From Sphaeroforma arctica JP610 (taxonomy: Eukaryota): a stretch of DNA of 20,000 nt. The DNA is taken from positions 62,993-82,992 of the forward strand of contig NW_014040248.1 of assembly GCF_001186125.1 (NCBI RefSeq), written 5' to 3'. This document shows, in pieces, positions 9,966 to 20,000 of this stretch. The number at the start of each line of letters is the position of its first letter. The stretch's first letter is position 1. The translations under genes and the position numbers were made by a program. The notes under the pieces were generated by a model. That model was not told the origin of the DNA, searched no databases, and saw only the letters and a program-made list of their open reading frames with translations.

Positions 9966-12900
9966 GAGTATATATAATATNNNNNNNNNNNNNNNNNNNN
10001 NNNNNNNNNNNNNNNNNNNNNNNNNNNNNNNNNNNNNNNNNNNNNNNNNNNNNNNNNNNNNNNNNNNNNNNNNNNNNNNNNNNNNNNNNNNNNNNNNNNN
10101 NNNNNNNNNNNNNNNNNNNNNNNNNNNNNNNNNNNNNNNNNNNNNNNNNNNNNNNNNNNNNNNNNNNNNNNNNNNNNNNNNNNNNNNNNNNNNNNNNNNN
10201 NNNNNNNNNNNNNNNNNNNNNNNNNNNNNNNNNNNNNNNNNNNNNNNNNNNNNNNNNNNNNNNNNNNNNNNNNNNNNNNNNNNNNNNNNNNNNNNNNNNN
10301 NNNNNNNNNNNNNNNNNNNNNNNNNNNNNNNNNNNNNNNNNNNNNNNNNNNNNNNNNNNNNNNNNNNNNNNNNNNNNNNNNNNNNNNNNNNNNNNNNNNN
10401 NNNNNNNNNNNNNNNNNNNNNNNNNNNNNNNNNNNNNNNNNNNNNNNNNNNNNNNNNNNNNNNNNNNNNNNNNNNNNNNNNNNNNNNNNNNNNNNNNNNN
10501 NNNNNNNNNNNNNNNNNNNNNNNNNNNNNNNNNNNNNNNNNNNNNNNNNNNNNNNNNNNNNNNNNNNNNNNNNNNNNNNNNNNNNNNNNNNNNNNNNNNN
10601 NNNNNNNNNNNNNNNNNNNNNNNNNNNNNNNNNNNNNNNNNNNNNNNNNNNNNNNNNNNNNNNNNNNNNNNNNNNNNNNNNNNNNNNNNNNNNNNNNNNN
10701 NNNNNNNNNNNNNNNNNNNNNNNNNNNNNNNNNNNNNNNNNNNNNNNNNNNNNNNNNNNNNNNNNNNNNNNNNNNNNNNNNNNNNNNNNNNNNNNNNNNN
10801 NNNNNNNNNNNNNNNNNNNNNNNNNNNNNNNNNNNNNNNNNNNNNNNNNNNNNNNNNNNNNNNNNNNNNNNNNNNNNNNNNNNNNNNNNNNNNNNNNNNN
10901 NNNNNNNNTATAATGTGCGAGTATATATAATATAATATAATATAATATAATATAATACAAATTATATATAATCGTTGCCTACACGTAACCTACTTATATC
11001 ACTCTCTCCATACATACATACATATACACACGCATACCTGGGACCAAGCTTGCCCATGAGCGTCACAGTGATCCACCACAGGTGGAATAGGGCCACCATA
11101 ATCAGTGACCCACAGAACAACCAACCCACTGAGTACCGCAGATACAGTTGCGAGTAACTGCCTGCGTCAGACGGCCAATGGTACTCTTCGTACGCCTCGT
11201 CCGGAAGCTCATCATCGTAATACACCATCTCTCCAATGGCCCACACCTGGTGGGGCGATATGATATGGGTGAGTGAATGTATATATACATATATGAAGAT
11301 ACACACACACACACATTTATATATATATATTTATATAACGACAAGTTGGTCTCAGATATCAAGTAGTGCAGACAACAGCGGCGGTAGAGAAGGTACGCAT
11401 GAGGATGTGGACATGCACGTCCATGCCTGTCTGATAGTAATACCGCACAAAACCCTAAACCCTAAAGTAGAGCAACCAATGGGCAAAGTCAACCCCTAAA
11501 ACCCTAAACAATGCACCATATAAATCTGAACCCTAAACGATACACAATACTAATCAGGGATCATTCTGTACCCACGGAGATATGAACATTTCTACAGATG
11601 AACTCAAGCGACACTCTCACAGCTCCACAGAGGGCATCATATCCTCTGTTCTAGTTAAATCTCTTATCCATCATACGCACACTACTACCACTCTATACAT
11701 AAACCAAAGTATAAGGTACATATACAAATACGCTCATATTATATATATATATATATATAAGGTGACACGCTCTTTAACAAAAAAAAATCGAATCATAGTA
11801 AAAATACATGCATATTTATACGTATATACATACATATGTATACAGTTGTAAAACAGGTGCAACCATACTCATCTACAGGACATACAGTGTTAGCAAACAA
11901 CCAAGCCATGACCAAACAGTTGTGGAACAGGTGCAGTAGCTGCCCTCGCCGCCTCAGACACTTCCAGATCAGATCGGCAAACAGAAAGAAGGTAGGCACC
12001 ACAAAGATGATGTAGCCTGCATTCGACCCATACGTCCACAGACAATCCTTAACCACCCACAGCAGAACGTGCGTGTCCTGTGCATATGTGGGTGGGGATA
12101 GAGGAGGTGGGCATGTATATTTGGGATAAAGATGAACGGTATGGAGCCCTATGTACGTGCGTGTGGGAGTAGGGGAGGTAGGGATAGGGAGGTGGGAATT
12201 GGGGAGGTGGGCATGCATATTTATTTTACCTGAAGAATGGAATGGAACTTAAAATCTTGAGATAGAGCGTGTGTGAGGAGTGGGGTCGCGCGTCGCCGCT
12301 GTGTAACAATACATATGATATCGGGGGGCAATAAGTTAGTTATTGGAAAGTGGAATAGCAATCAGTCGGCTATTGGAAAGTGTAATGGCTTCGTGACTCC
12401 AAATTGTGATCGTGAGTACAAGCCATGTAAGTAGTACAGTACGTGCCTGTGTGAGTAGACATTTCTAAATTATCCTTCCACTACTACGCAAAGTCCTACG
12501 TCCCGGAATACGTCCTGGAATCACACTCAACCGGTTGTCGCTCGACTTCTATGAACTGAAGTAATTTTACGCATTCCACCGATGTTTGCCAAAACGTCAA
12601 GCATAGACAGACCGTATAGCCTCTCAGAATAGTGTGAGTGTCTGTGATAGGTATACGATTGCCCACGCACCTGGCAATCATTCAAACTTGGGGGGTGTGT
12701 GTGTGTGTGTGTGTACTACGCTATCCCCTACGCAGCGCTATCCCCTAAAACCCTACCACACAGCCGCATGCAAGCCTGGCCTTACCTCGTACTCGATGAA
12801 GTCGATGAAGTACAGTCCAAAGCGCGTTGGCGGTCTGTTCTTGTTGATCTCACGCACAAAGGTGTCTGTGCGAGTGAACCCAGGTAAACTCGGGAAGCAC

Positions 12901-15900
12901 CTGAGCACGTAGTAGATGGAGAGCCAGATGGAGCCTCCCAGAAGGATGTACTTGGCGTATTCAGCGTATTGGTTGTATACTGCGTCAGCCATCTCGTAGA
13001 CCTGATCTTCGTCCATACCATCCGTGTCTGTGCAGGATTACATAGGGTTAGGCTGTGGCAGGCGCTTGAAGCAGGGGGCTTCGATGCCGAAAGTAGGGTG
13101 CATGATGGATCTCACATATGAATGTATCTGTAACAGGCACTCATATATGAATATATCTGTAACAAATACTCACATACGAATATATCTGTAACAAACACTC
13201 ACATACGAATATATCTGTAACAAGCACTCACATATGAATATATCTGTAACAAACACTCACATATGTATCTATCTTTAACAAGCACTCACAAATGTATACA
13301 TGACAAATTCTCACAGACGTATCTGTGACAAAACCCTCACAGATGCATCTATCTACAACAAACATGCAGCCTATTGCTACACACCCTGGCCAACTGCAAG
13401 ATCATACCAAACACACATTTCATACTGAGGTAGACTCCGCATAGGCCACCTCAGAACCATGTATATATATATATATATAGATAGTGTAGACGCTTGAATG
13501 TCACTATTAAACACCCCACATACTAAAAAAGGCCTCCGGATTCTCCAGCTTAAACTCGCCAATCATCCAGATGTAATTACCCTGGAGAACGAAAGTCCAA
13601 GTGCATTCGTTTGATCAAGTCGTGTGTGCGCGTGCCTATATCAATTCACAGAGCAACATCTATGGCAAAAATTTGCTCAAGAGCACATAGCTAGGCGTTC
13701 GTTTCTATACTAAAACAATCTTACAGATACGTTATACTAAACAGTTTAAATAAAAACATTTCAGATAAAAATTAATACGCATGTACAGAAACGTTTACAA
13801 TTGGTCTCTCAATATACGAAAGAGTTCAATAAAAACGTTTCAGACAAGAATCATTATGCATATACAGTAACGTTTGCAGTGGTTTCATCAATATACTAAA
13901 CAGTTCGATAAAAAACGTTTCAGATAAAAATTAAAGTGCATATACAGTAACGTTTGCAGTGGGTTTAACGTTTGCGGTGGGCTCATCTATGTACTAAACA
14001 GTTCGCGATAAAAACGTTTCAGATAAAAATAAAACGCATATACAGTAACATTCACGGTGCGTTCATCTCTGTGATGCGCAGGCAAGGGACGTGCCCATTC
14101 GGCCATTCGGTATGCAATAAGCACACACACACTTAGACATGCGCAAACATTTTTTTAACCCGAAAACCCTAAAACCTAAAACCCTAAAAACTCGTAGCAG
14201 CTGCAAGTATCCCAACTATATGTATACTCGACATTTGACGACACACACTGCAGCCTCCAGGAAGACNNNNNNNNNNNNNNNNNNNNNNNNNNNNNNNNNN
14301 NNNNNNNNNNNNNNNNNNNNNNNNNNNNNNNNNNNNNNNNNNNNNNNNNNNNNNNNNNNNNNNNNNNNNNNNNNNNNNNNNNNNNNNNNNNNNNNNNNNN
14401 NNNNNNNNNNNNNNNNNNNNNNNNNNNNNNNNNNNNNNNNNNNNNNNNNNNNNNNNNNNNNNNNNNNNNNNNNNNNNNNNNNNNNNNNNNNNNNNNNNNN
14501 NNNNNNNNNNNNNNNNNNNNNNNNNNNNNNNNNNNNNNNNNNNNNNNNNNNNNNNNNNNNNNNNNNNNNNNNNNNNNNNNNNNNNNNNNNNNNNNNNNNN
14601 NNNNNNNNNNNNNNNNNNNNNNNNNNNNNNNNNNNNNNNNNNNNNNNNNNNNNNNNNNNNNNNNNNNNNNNNNNNNNNNNNNNNNNNNNNNNNNNNNNNN
14701 NNNNNNNNNNNNNNNNNNNNNNNNNNNNNNNNNNNNNNNNNNNNNNNNNNNNNNNNNNNNNNNNNNNNNNNNNNNNNNNNNNNNNNNNNNNNNNNNNNNN
14801 NNNNNNNNNNNNNNNNNNNNNNNNNNNNNNNNNNNNNNNNNNNNNNNNNNNNNNNNNNNNNNNNNNNNNNNNNNNNNNNNNNNNNNNNNNNNNNNNNNNN
14901 NNNNNNNNNNNNNNNNNNNNNNNNNNNNNNNNNNNNNNNNNNNNNNNNNNNNNNNNNNNNNNNNNNNNNNNNNNNNNNNNNNNNNNNNNNNNNNNNNNNN
15001 NNNTAGCCTCCAGGAAGACATACCATGATCCAACAGAGGAGTCCGAAATTGATCCATGCCTCAGCAATGGATCGGTGCCAAAGGTTGATACACAGAGTTA
15101 CCATAGACAGAAACACAGCGCATGATCCTGCAGCTATACCAGCCTCGTACCAATACCATTGTGACCAGCAGAAGTCCTTGACTAGCCAGAAGTACAGCTG
15201 TAGGTAGACGAATGATTTAATGGGAATGTCTAGGTGGTGAGAGTAGGTAGGCAGTAAGGGGTGGCCTGAGTGGTACCTAGGTCTGTTCGAGTCAGAGAGG
15301 CCCCAAGTAGACAGTATACTGGGTTATAACTTTTCAAAGAGAGTCAGATGTGAGTGCATCGAATTAATTCGAAAGTGAAGTGATAGGACATCTGCTGGGT
15401 ATCGCATGTGCGATTTTATGTTCGTATGTATGTTCGCGCAGTAGTCCTAAAATGCACACTCAATAGTGACATTGGTGTGGGACGTTGCAGAGTGAGTGAG
15501 TACGCTTATAGGATATCACCTGACTCATTGTCCATGTAGGACTACACACAAAATCTGACTTAGATTTTTTTATTTAAATAAGCTTAGTCTATGTAGACTA
15601 GATACAAAATAGGCTTTGTCTATATATACTACATACAGATTTCGATTTAGAATATTTTAAAATAGGCTTTGTCTATGTAGATTACATACAAAATAGGCTT
15701 TGTCTGTGAAAACTACATACAAATTCCGATTTAGAATATTAGTAAATAGGCTCTAAATAATGGTATATCTGCCGTCGCAGATAAAGACAGCGTTCGTGTA
15801 CACAGACGCAATGATGTGCTACGTATGTGGCACCAGGACAAAAGATAAGCTTGCTAACAAAATAGTTGTATTGCAGTACAAAGAATACACATGTCACAAT

Positions 15901-16339
15901 CAGAAGAAATTGGCGAGTGGCCATTGTGAATATTACATCCAAATCTACTTCAGCAAATCTCTTGGAAGCAGACACAAATTCAAGGCTACATGATATATTC
16001 ACAAATTTAGTGCACCCCATTCTACATGGGATTGTGACAAAAGAAATGTGTGCATCAAATTGGGATCTCGTCATTTCCAGACACAAAACAGTAGATTCAT
16101 ATACTATACATACCATATACTATACATACCGTCAGTGATTGCAGACCATCGTACGAGATCCACCACTTGAACGACCACCTCGGCAAAGAATCATTATCCA
16201 CGGTACCATCAGTCACATCATTGAAAACCCAACCCTTCACAGCACATGGGAGAGCTGCTCTCATCGCTTGTACTTCAGGCCGGTAACCAGGGAGCAGTGC
16301 TCGCTGGATCGGGCCGGCCTTGCCTCCCTCTGCTGTCAT
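8927..16339 (-). CDS. Complete spliced gene, 8 exons, 438 aa: uncharacterised multi-pass (~8 TM) membrane protein with two internal repeats and an acidic low-complexity C-terminal tail
   Basis: Exons 16130-16339, 15024-15197, 13524-13581, 12786-13027, 11886-12077, 11038-11246, 9714-9862 and 8927-9009 total 1317 nt (439 codons). All introns are GT-AG with compatible phases (0,0,1,0,0,2,1). Splicing rebuilds repeated motifs across junctions: [15 protein letters not shown] vs [17 protein letters not shown], and [12 protein letters not shown] vs WLFANT|VWAIGE. Two introns contain N-gaps, so extra exons cannot be fully excluded. Confidence 0.88.
9051..9300. repeat. Intronic degenerate 16-bp tandem repeat (gctaaatatagaacaa), ~15 copies
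   Basis: Directly visible periodicity. Confidence 0.88.
9714..9862 (-). CDS. Membrane protein exon 7 ([10 protein letters not shown]...KKEMPAL)
   Basis: aaacag acceptor with upstream TTAAC branch-like sequence, phase 2 in, phase-1 GTATGC donor out, open frame throughout. Confidence 0.75.
11038..11246 (-). CDS. Membrane protein exon 6 (VWAIGEM...LMGKLGP)
   Basis: caccag acceptor, phase-2 GTATGC donor; acidic loop plus last hydrophobic segment. Confidence 0.9.
11449..11538 (+). repeat. Interstitial telomere-like tract (AAACCCT/AAAACCCT); similar tracts at 3360-3380, 6583-6603, 7772-7794, 12742-12755 and 14158-14190
   Basis: e.g. aaaccctaaaccctaaa and ggttttagggtttagggtttt. Confidence 0.7.
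11886..12077 (-). CDS. Membrane protein exon 5 ([14 protein letters not shown]...AWLFANT)
   Basis: gcacag acceptor, GTATGT donor, second WxxKDxxW motif. Confidence 0.9.
12786..13027 (-). CDS. Membrane protein exon 4 (TDGMDEDQV...FIDFIEYE)
   Basis: gcacag acceptor in phase 1, GTAAGG donor in phase 0; overlaps ORF 12753-13016. Confidence 0.9.
13111..13290. repeat. Intronic minisatellite, 29-bp unit (ctcacatacgaatatatctgtaacaaaca), ~6 copies
   Basis: Directly visible periodicity. Confidence 0.92.
13524..13581 (-). CDS. Membrane protein exon 3 ([19 protein letters not shown])
   Basis: ttctccag acceptor, phase-1 GTATGT donor; supplies the NxxWxIGE motif predicted from repeat 2. Confidence 0.9.
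13733..14068. repeat. Intronic minisatellite, ~80-bp unit, ~4 diverged copies
   Basis: aaaaac(g/a)tttcaga...gcat(a/g)tacag occurs four times. Confidence 0.85.
15024..15197 (-). CDS. Membrane protein exon 2 ([11 protein letters not shown]...FGLLCWIM)
   Basis: ctacag acceptor, GTATGT donor, 58 hydrophobic codons containing WxxKDxxW. Confidence 0.9.
15576..15752. repeat. Intronic higher-order repeat (~84-bp unit made of two aaataggctttgtct subunits)
   Basis: aaata(g/a)gct occurs five times; gatttagaatatt occurs twice. Confidence 0.78.
16130..16339 (-). CDS. Membrane protein exon 1 (MTAEGGK...[12 protein letters not shown])
   Basis: ATG at 16339, 70 open codons, phase-0 GTATGT donor at 16129; joins in frame to LYFWLVKD. 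Confidence 0.82.
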
Positions 16340-17154
16340 ATTGCCAATAGTGTATATATAATATTCTGCAACTCAAGGCAGTCAGCACCGATATTGAAAG
16401 ACAGCGTAGCAACACACCACCCTATGTCGTATGAGCGCGGTGTTCACTTATTGCAGTTATATATAATTAATTAATTATATATAAATACATCTCCCACGTC
16501 AAGTTTGAAATTGAGGAGGCTTGTGGAGGCTTGGAGCACTCAACACTCAGGTGGTACGGGTTCATAGCGCTATATTTAATTATTGATCAAAAATGTTTCA
16601 AACGACCCACTGGGCCCCATCCCCCAAGTCCCAAGTCCCACGGGTCGAATGCTTAAAGATCGCATTTTAAAAATAAATATTAACTCTAAAAAGCTCTTTA
16701 CTCGAATCATGCAAACATTAGAGGGGGTTAAATGTAACATTCAAAATGTGGTCACACCCCCACGGGACCCAGCTCACAGGCTCACGAGTCACGACAGCTC
16801 GGGCCAGCCTGAGCCTGTCGCTCGGGAATATATTCATTAGTGATTACTGTTTGTAGTTTACGTCCTAAATACGTCAATTGAGGGGCGAGCAAGCACTGCC
16901 ACCGCCACACAGCCACGCACAGTTTGCCCTACAGTCAAGACTCACGACAGACCTCATTACGTTTTACGTTTCAACATTTAAATTTTTAAGTATACGTTAT
17001 GAGTTTTTTAAAAACGGTTTCATAGTCCCAAATACAATTTTTAATGGGCAATTTCCAAGAGGTCAGAGCGTTGTTGATTGTTCAATTCTATCCTGCCAAC
17101 CGACTTGTCAACTTCCTTCCGTTCAATTTGTGTGTTGAAATAAGGCGCACCCAC

Positions 17155-18106
17155 TAGCCAGGTCAATGTGAATATATTTCAGGCCGGAATATCAGATGTA
17201 AACGTTGCAACGTAAAAATATCAATCTGTAAAAGCATAGCCTTCATCTAAATTGAAACATTAGAAAGCTACGATAAAAGTTATAAAACGCTGCACTTTTA
17301 TTCCTGACACCCCTTTTTGAGGTCCGCCACGATCATATTAATTTATCGCAGTTGCACTGAACATAATCGTATAGTATTGACGGTCGTAAACTGCAACGTT
17401 TTGTTTTTAGCTATGTGTAGAATTTGGGATTGTAGGCTCTCACTCACTCACTCTCTCTCTACTACTACTACTATTATAGAGAGAGAGAAGATAGAGTAGT
17501 AGAGAACGAGGGTCAAGATACTACTAGGGAGTGAGAGAAGCACTGCAGCACTGCAGCCAGGTACTCGGTCTGACACTTGACAGCTCGTGCGACGTGAGGC
17601 GTGAGCCGATTTTAAGCCAAATAGTCGGGTCAAACTGTGAATCTATTTCAGGCCGGAATATCATATGTAAACGTTGCAGCATAAACATATCAATCTGTAA
17701 AAGCGTAGCCTTCTTCTAAATTGAAACATTAAAAGGCTATGATGCTTCACTTTTATTCCTGAAATTCCTATTTCGGTCCGCCACGATAATATCTATTTAT
17801 CACAGTCGCACTGAACATAGTCGTATAGTATTGACGGTCGCAAACTGCAACGTCTTTTGTTTTTAGCTGTATGTGTAGAATGTGGGATTGTAGGCTTTCA
17901 CTCACACACACTCTCTATTACTACTACTACTCTCTCTCTCTCTGAGAAATGACAGAGTAGTAGAGAGCGAGAGACAAGATGGTATTTCCTAGAGAGTCAG
18001 AAAGAGTGAGAAGACAGGGCATGTCTGTGCAGCACTGCAGCCAGGTACTCGTGCTGGCACTTGACAGCTTGTGCGACGTGAGGCATGAGCCGATTTCAAG
18101 CCCAAT
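17155..18106. repeat. Diverged tandem duplication of a ~470-bp non-coding unit (copies start ~17161 and ~17628)
   Basis: Collinear identical blocks tatttcaggccggaatatca, tcgtatagtattgacggtcg and gcagcactgcagccaggtactcg are present in both copies. Confidence 0.92.
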
Positions 18107-20000
18107 TGAAATCAGAGCCGATCTGCGGACAGGACGAATCACGAGTCTCAGCGTCAGCCTCCTGCCCACTTTCAAAACTGAAAGTCCAAGGTATTTATAA
18201 TGCACCGTACCGGTACCGGAATTTACTACCGGTGTGAGGCTGATTTGTTTTTTTATATAAAATAAAATAAAAATCCACAGATCCAGTGACTATTTAGTTT
18301 TTGTTTTGTTTTGGTTTTGGTTTTTGTTTTTGTTTTTAAAAAGACGCCCTTTTTGTGGAAAAATATCAACAACAAATAAAACAACAACAAGGACTTTTTA
18401 GCTTTCGTCTTCTTTTTTCGGTCTCTGGAAAGATTACTCTCACTCTGTCTCTCATCACTGATCACAGTCACAAATTCACAGCCACACACACGCGCGAGAG
18501 AGAGACTGAGCGTGCGGTGAGAGTCTCTCGGTAGAGTGTAGAGTGTAGACTCGTTTGTACATATTTACTGTCGAGAACTCGAGACAGTCGATTGAGTCGA
18601 CTTACGACTGTTTACGTAAAGTACATATACATGTATGTTTTTTATATAAAAACAGAATATTAAATTACCTAAATTGTATAGTAAATACTCTTAGAGTAGA
18701 GAGTATTGATGTTAGAATTTAGACCGGTCAAGCTTCTACTCCACTGCTTGATTATTTGCCACAGATTGAGAGTAAATATGTCACCAGACAGAATGAATGT
18801 TCATGATGTCAGAAGCTCAGAAGATCGCCGAAGCCAGGTTTGACATGCGACACAAAAAAAAAATACAATACCAATCATGGTCTTCTAAATTGTACATACC
18901 AATATAACAGAGTAAAATTACGAAATAAACGTATCGACACCTTAAGGCGGACAAGCCCCAGTGACAGTACACCTGCCCCATGACCCAGAGTGCCCCACTC
19001 TCTCTAACAATACTGTACTAGAGAGTGTAGCTTCAATCCGTTTTGAAGGGGCCCAACTCCAACTCCCAACTACCAACTCCAAGCCCCAAGTGGGTCTTTT
19101 ATGTAAAAACAAATATAAATGAGATAGAAACACTCGAATAAAGGCCCACTTTGTTTTTTTAAATAGTGCTTTTAGGTCTCTTGTAGGTACAAACCTATAT
19201 TAATATTGGGCAATAATCATGGCAATTTGAACCAGAAGGCTCCGAATATGCACCCATAGCCACAACTAAAGGGCAATCACGATCGTTGAGCGTAAACGTA
19301 TATTGTCATTTGTGTACAGCTGTAAATGGGGGTTTTTTAACTAAACAATGTACACTGTACTGTATCGTGTGATGGCCATAGAATCATAGATCTGCAAAAT
19401 CCGATTTCATGGCGAGTTCCAAGTTTCCAACTTCCAAGATGTATGTATTCATAGAGGGACAAATGACTGAAAGTCAGAAAATGAGATGTCCCCTCTAAAC
19501 TGTCTTTTAATATATTGGCCCTGTGGGAGTGTGCCGTGTGTGGGCCGCTCGAGGCCTGACCTGTGGACCTGTGACCTTGTGAGCATCGAGCAGGTTTGAT
19601 TTTACACTCAGTTACATTAGTGCACGGAGCCACTCACAGTGCAGTCTCCACATAGATAGCAGCGAGCACGCTCTCTCATGTTCGATACTTGATCGACTAC
19701 ATATCCGTTAGAATTTGTAAGTCGCAAAGCATCCGAAATAAATAAATATCACTATCCTTGAATAGCCTCCTAAAAGTTCTATTTTTAATAGAGGTAATGA
19801 TCCTTGTGGGAGATCGGGACTTTTGAAGCATCCCGGTCCCCTCCCCCCCCATCATCATGGTAGAAATATAAGGGCTCTGGCGGCGCCCAGTCTTGAGTCG
19901 TGAGTCGGCCACCCATTTGGAATTTTACTTCGAGAGAGCAAAAGTGCTTACTATTATTTGAATTTGCCAATTATTAAAATAACAAACAATATAAACGTCG

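Noticed and set aside
9878..10960. Long 150-360 aa ORFs spanning N runs (also 8060-8783 and 14139-15125)
   Set aside because: Length comes from N-gaps translated as X
15739..16138. Overlapping ORFs in intron 1 including a CYVC pair
   Set aside because: No recognisable domain, and exon 1 splices to exon 2 with the motif intact without them
17317..18205. Short ORFs within the ~470-bp duplication
   Set aside because: Reading frames are not preserved between copies because of indels, and no motifs are recognisable

Overview
Intron-rich eukaryotic genomic DNA from a gapped draft scaffold, with four N-gaps and (TA)n/(CA)n-rich introns. Nearly all long ORFs in the supplied track are microsatellite or N-gap artefacts. 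Manual splicing at GT-AG sites (donors mostly GTATGT/GTATGC/GTGTGT) recovers four coding units. (1) A complete 8-exon minus-strand gene (16339->8927, 438 aa) encoding an unrecognised ~8-TM membrane protein made of two internal repeats, each with WxxKDxxW and Wxx[GA]NxxWxIGE motifs. (2) The 3' part of a minus-strand gene (>5769->3463) for a charged, helical protein ending in KDEL. (3) The last exon of a classical protein tyrosine phosphatase on the + strand (5887-6045), absent from the ORF track. (4) A probable first exon (768->610) with a dileucine-type sorting motif, running off the left edge. Genes 2 and 3 both lose their 5' ends at the same 20-N gap. Non-coding DNA holds several unrelated minisatellites, scattered TTTAGGG/TTTTAGGG telomere-like tracts and a diverged ~470-bp tandem duplication. 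The classical PTP and the intron style suggest a unicellular holozoan such as an ichthyosporean, but this is a tentative inference. No CRISPR array, rRNA or tRNA was seen.
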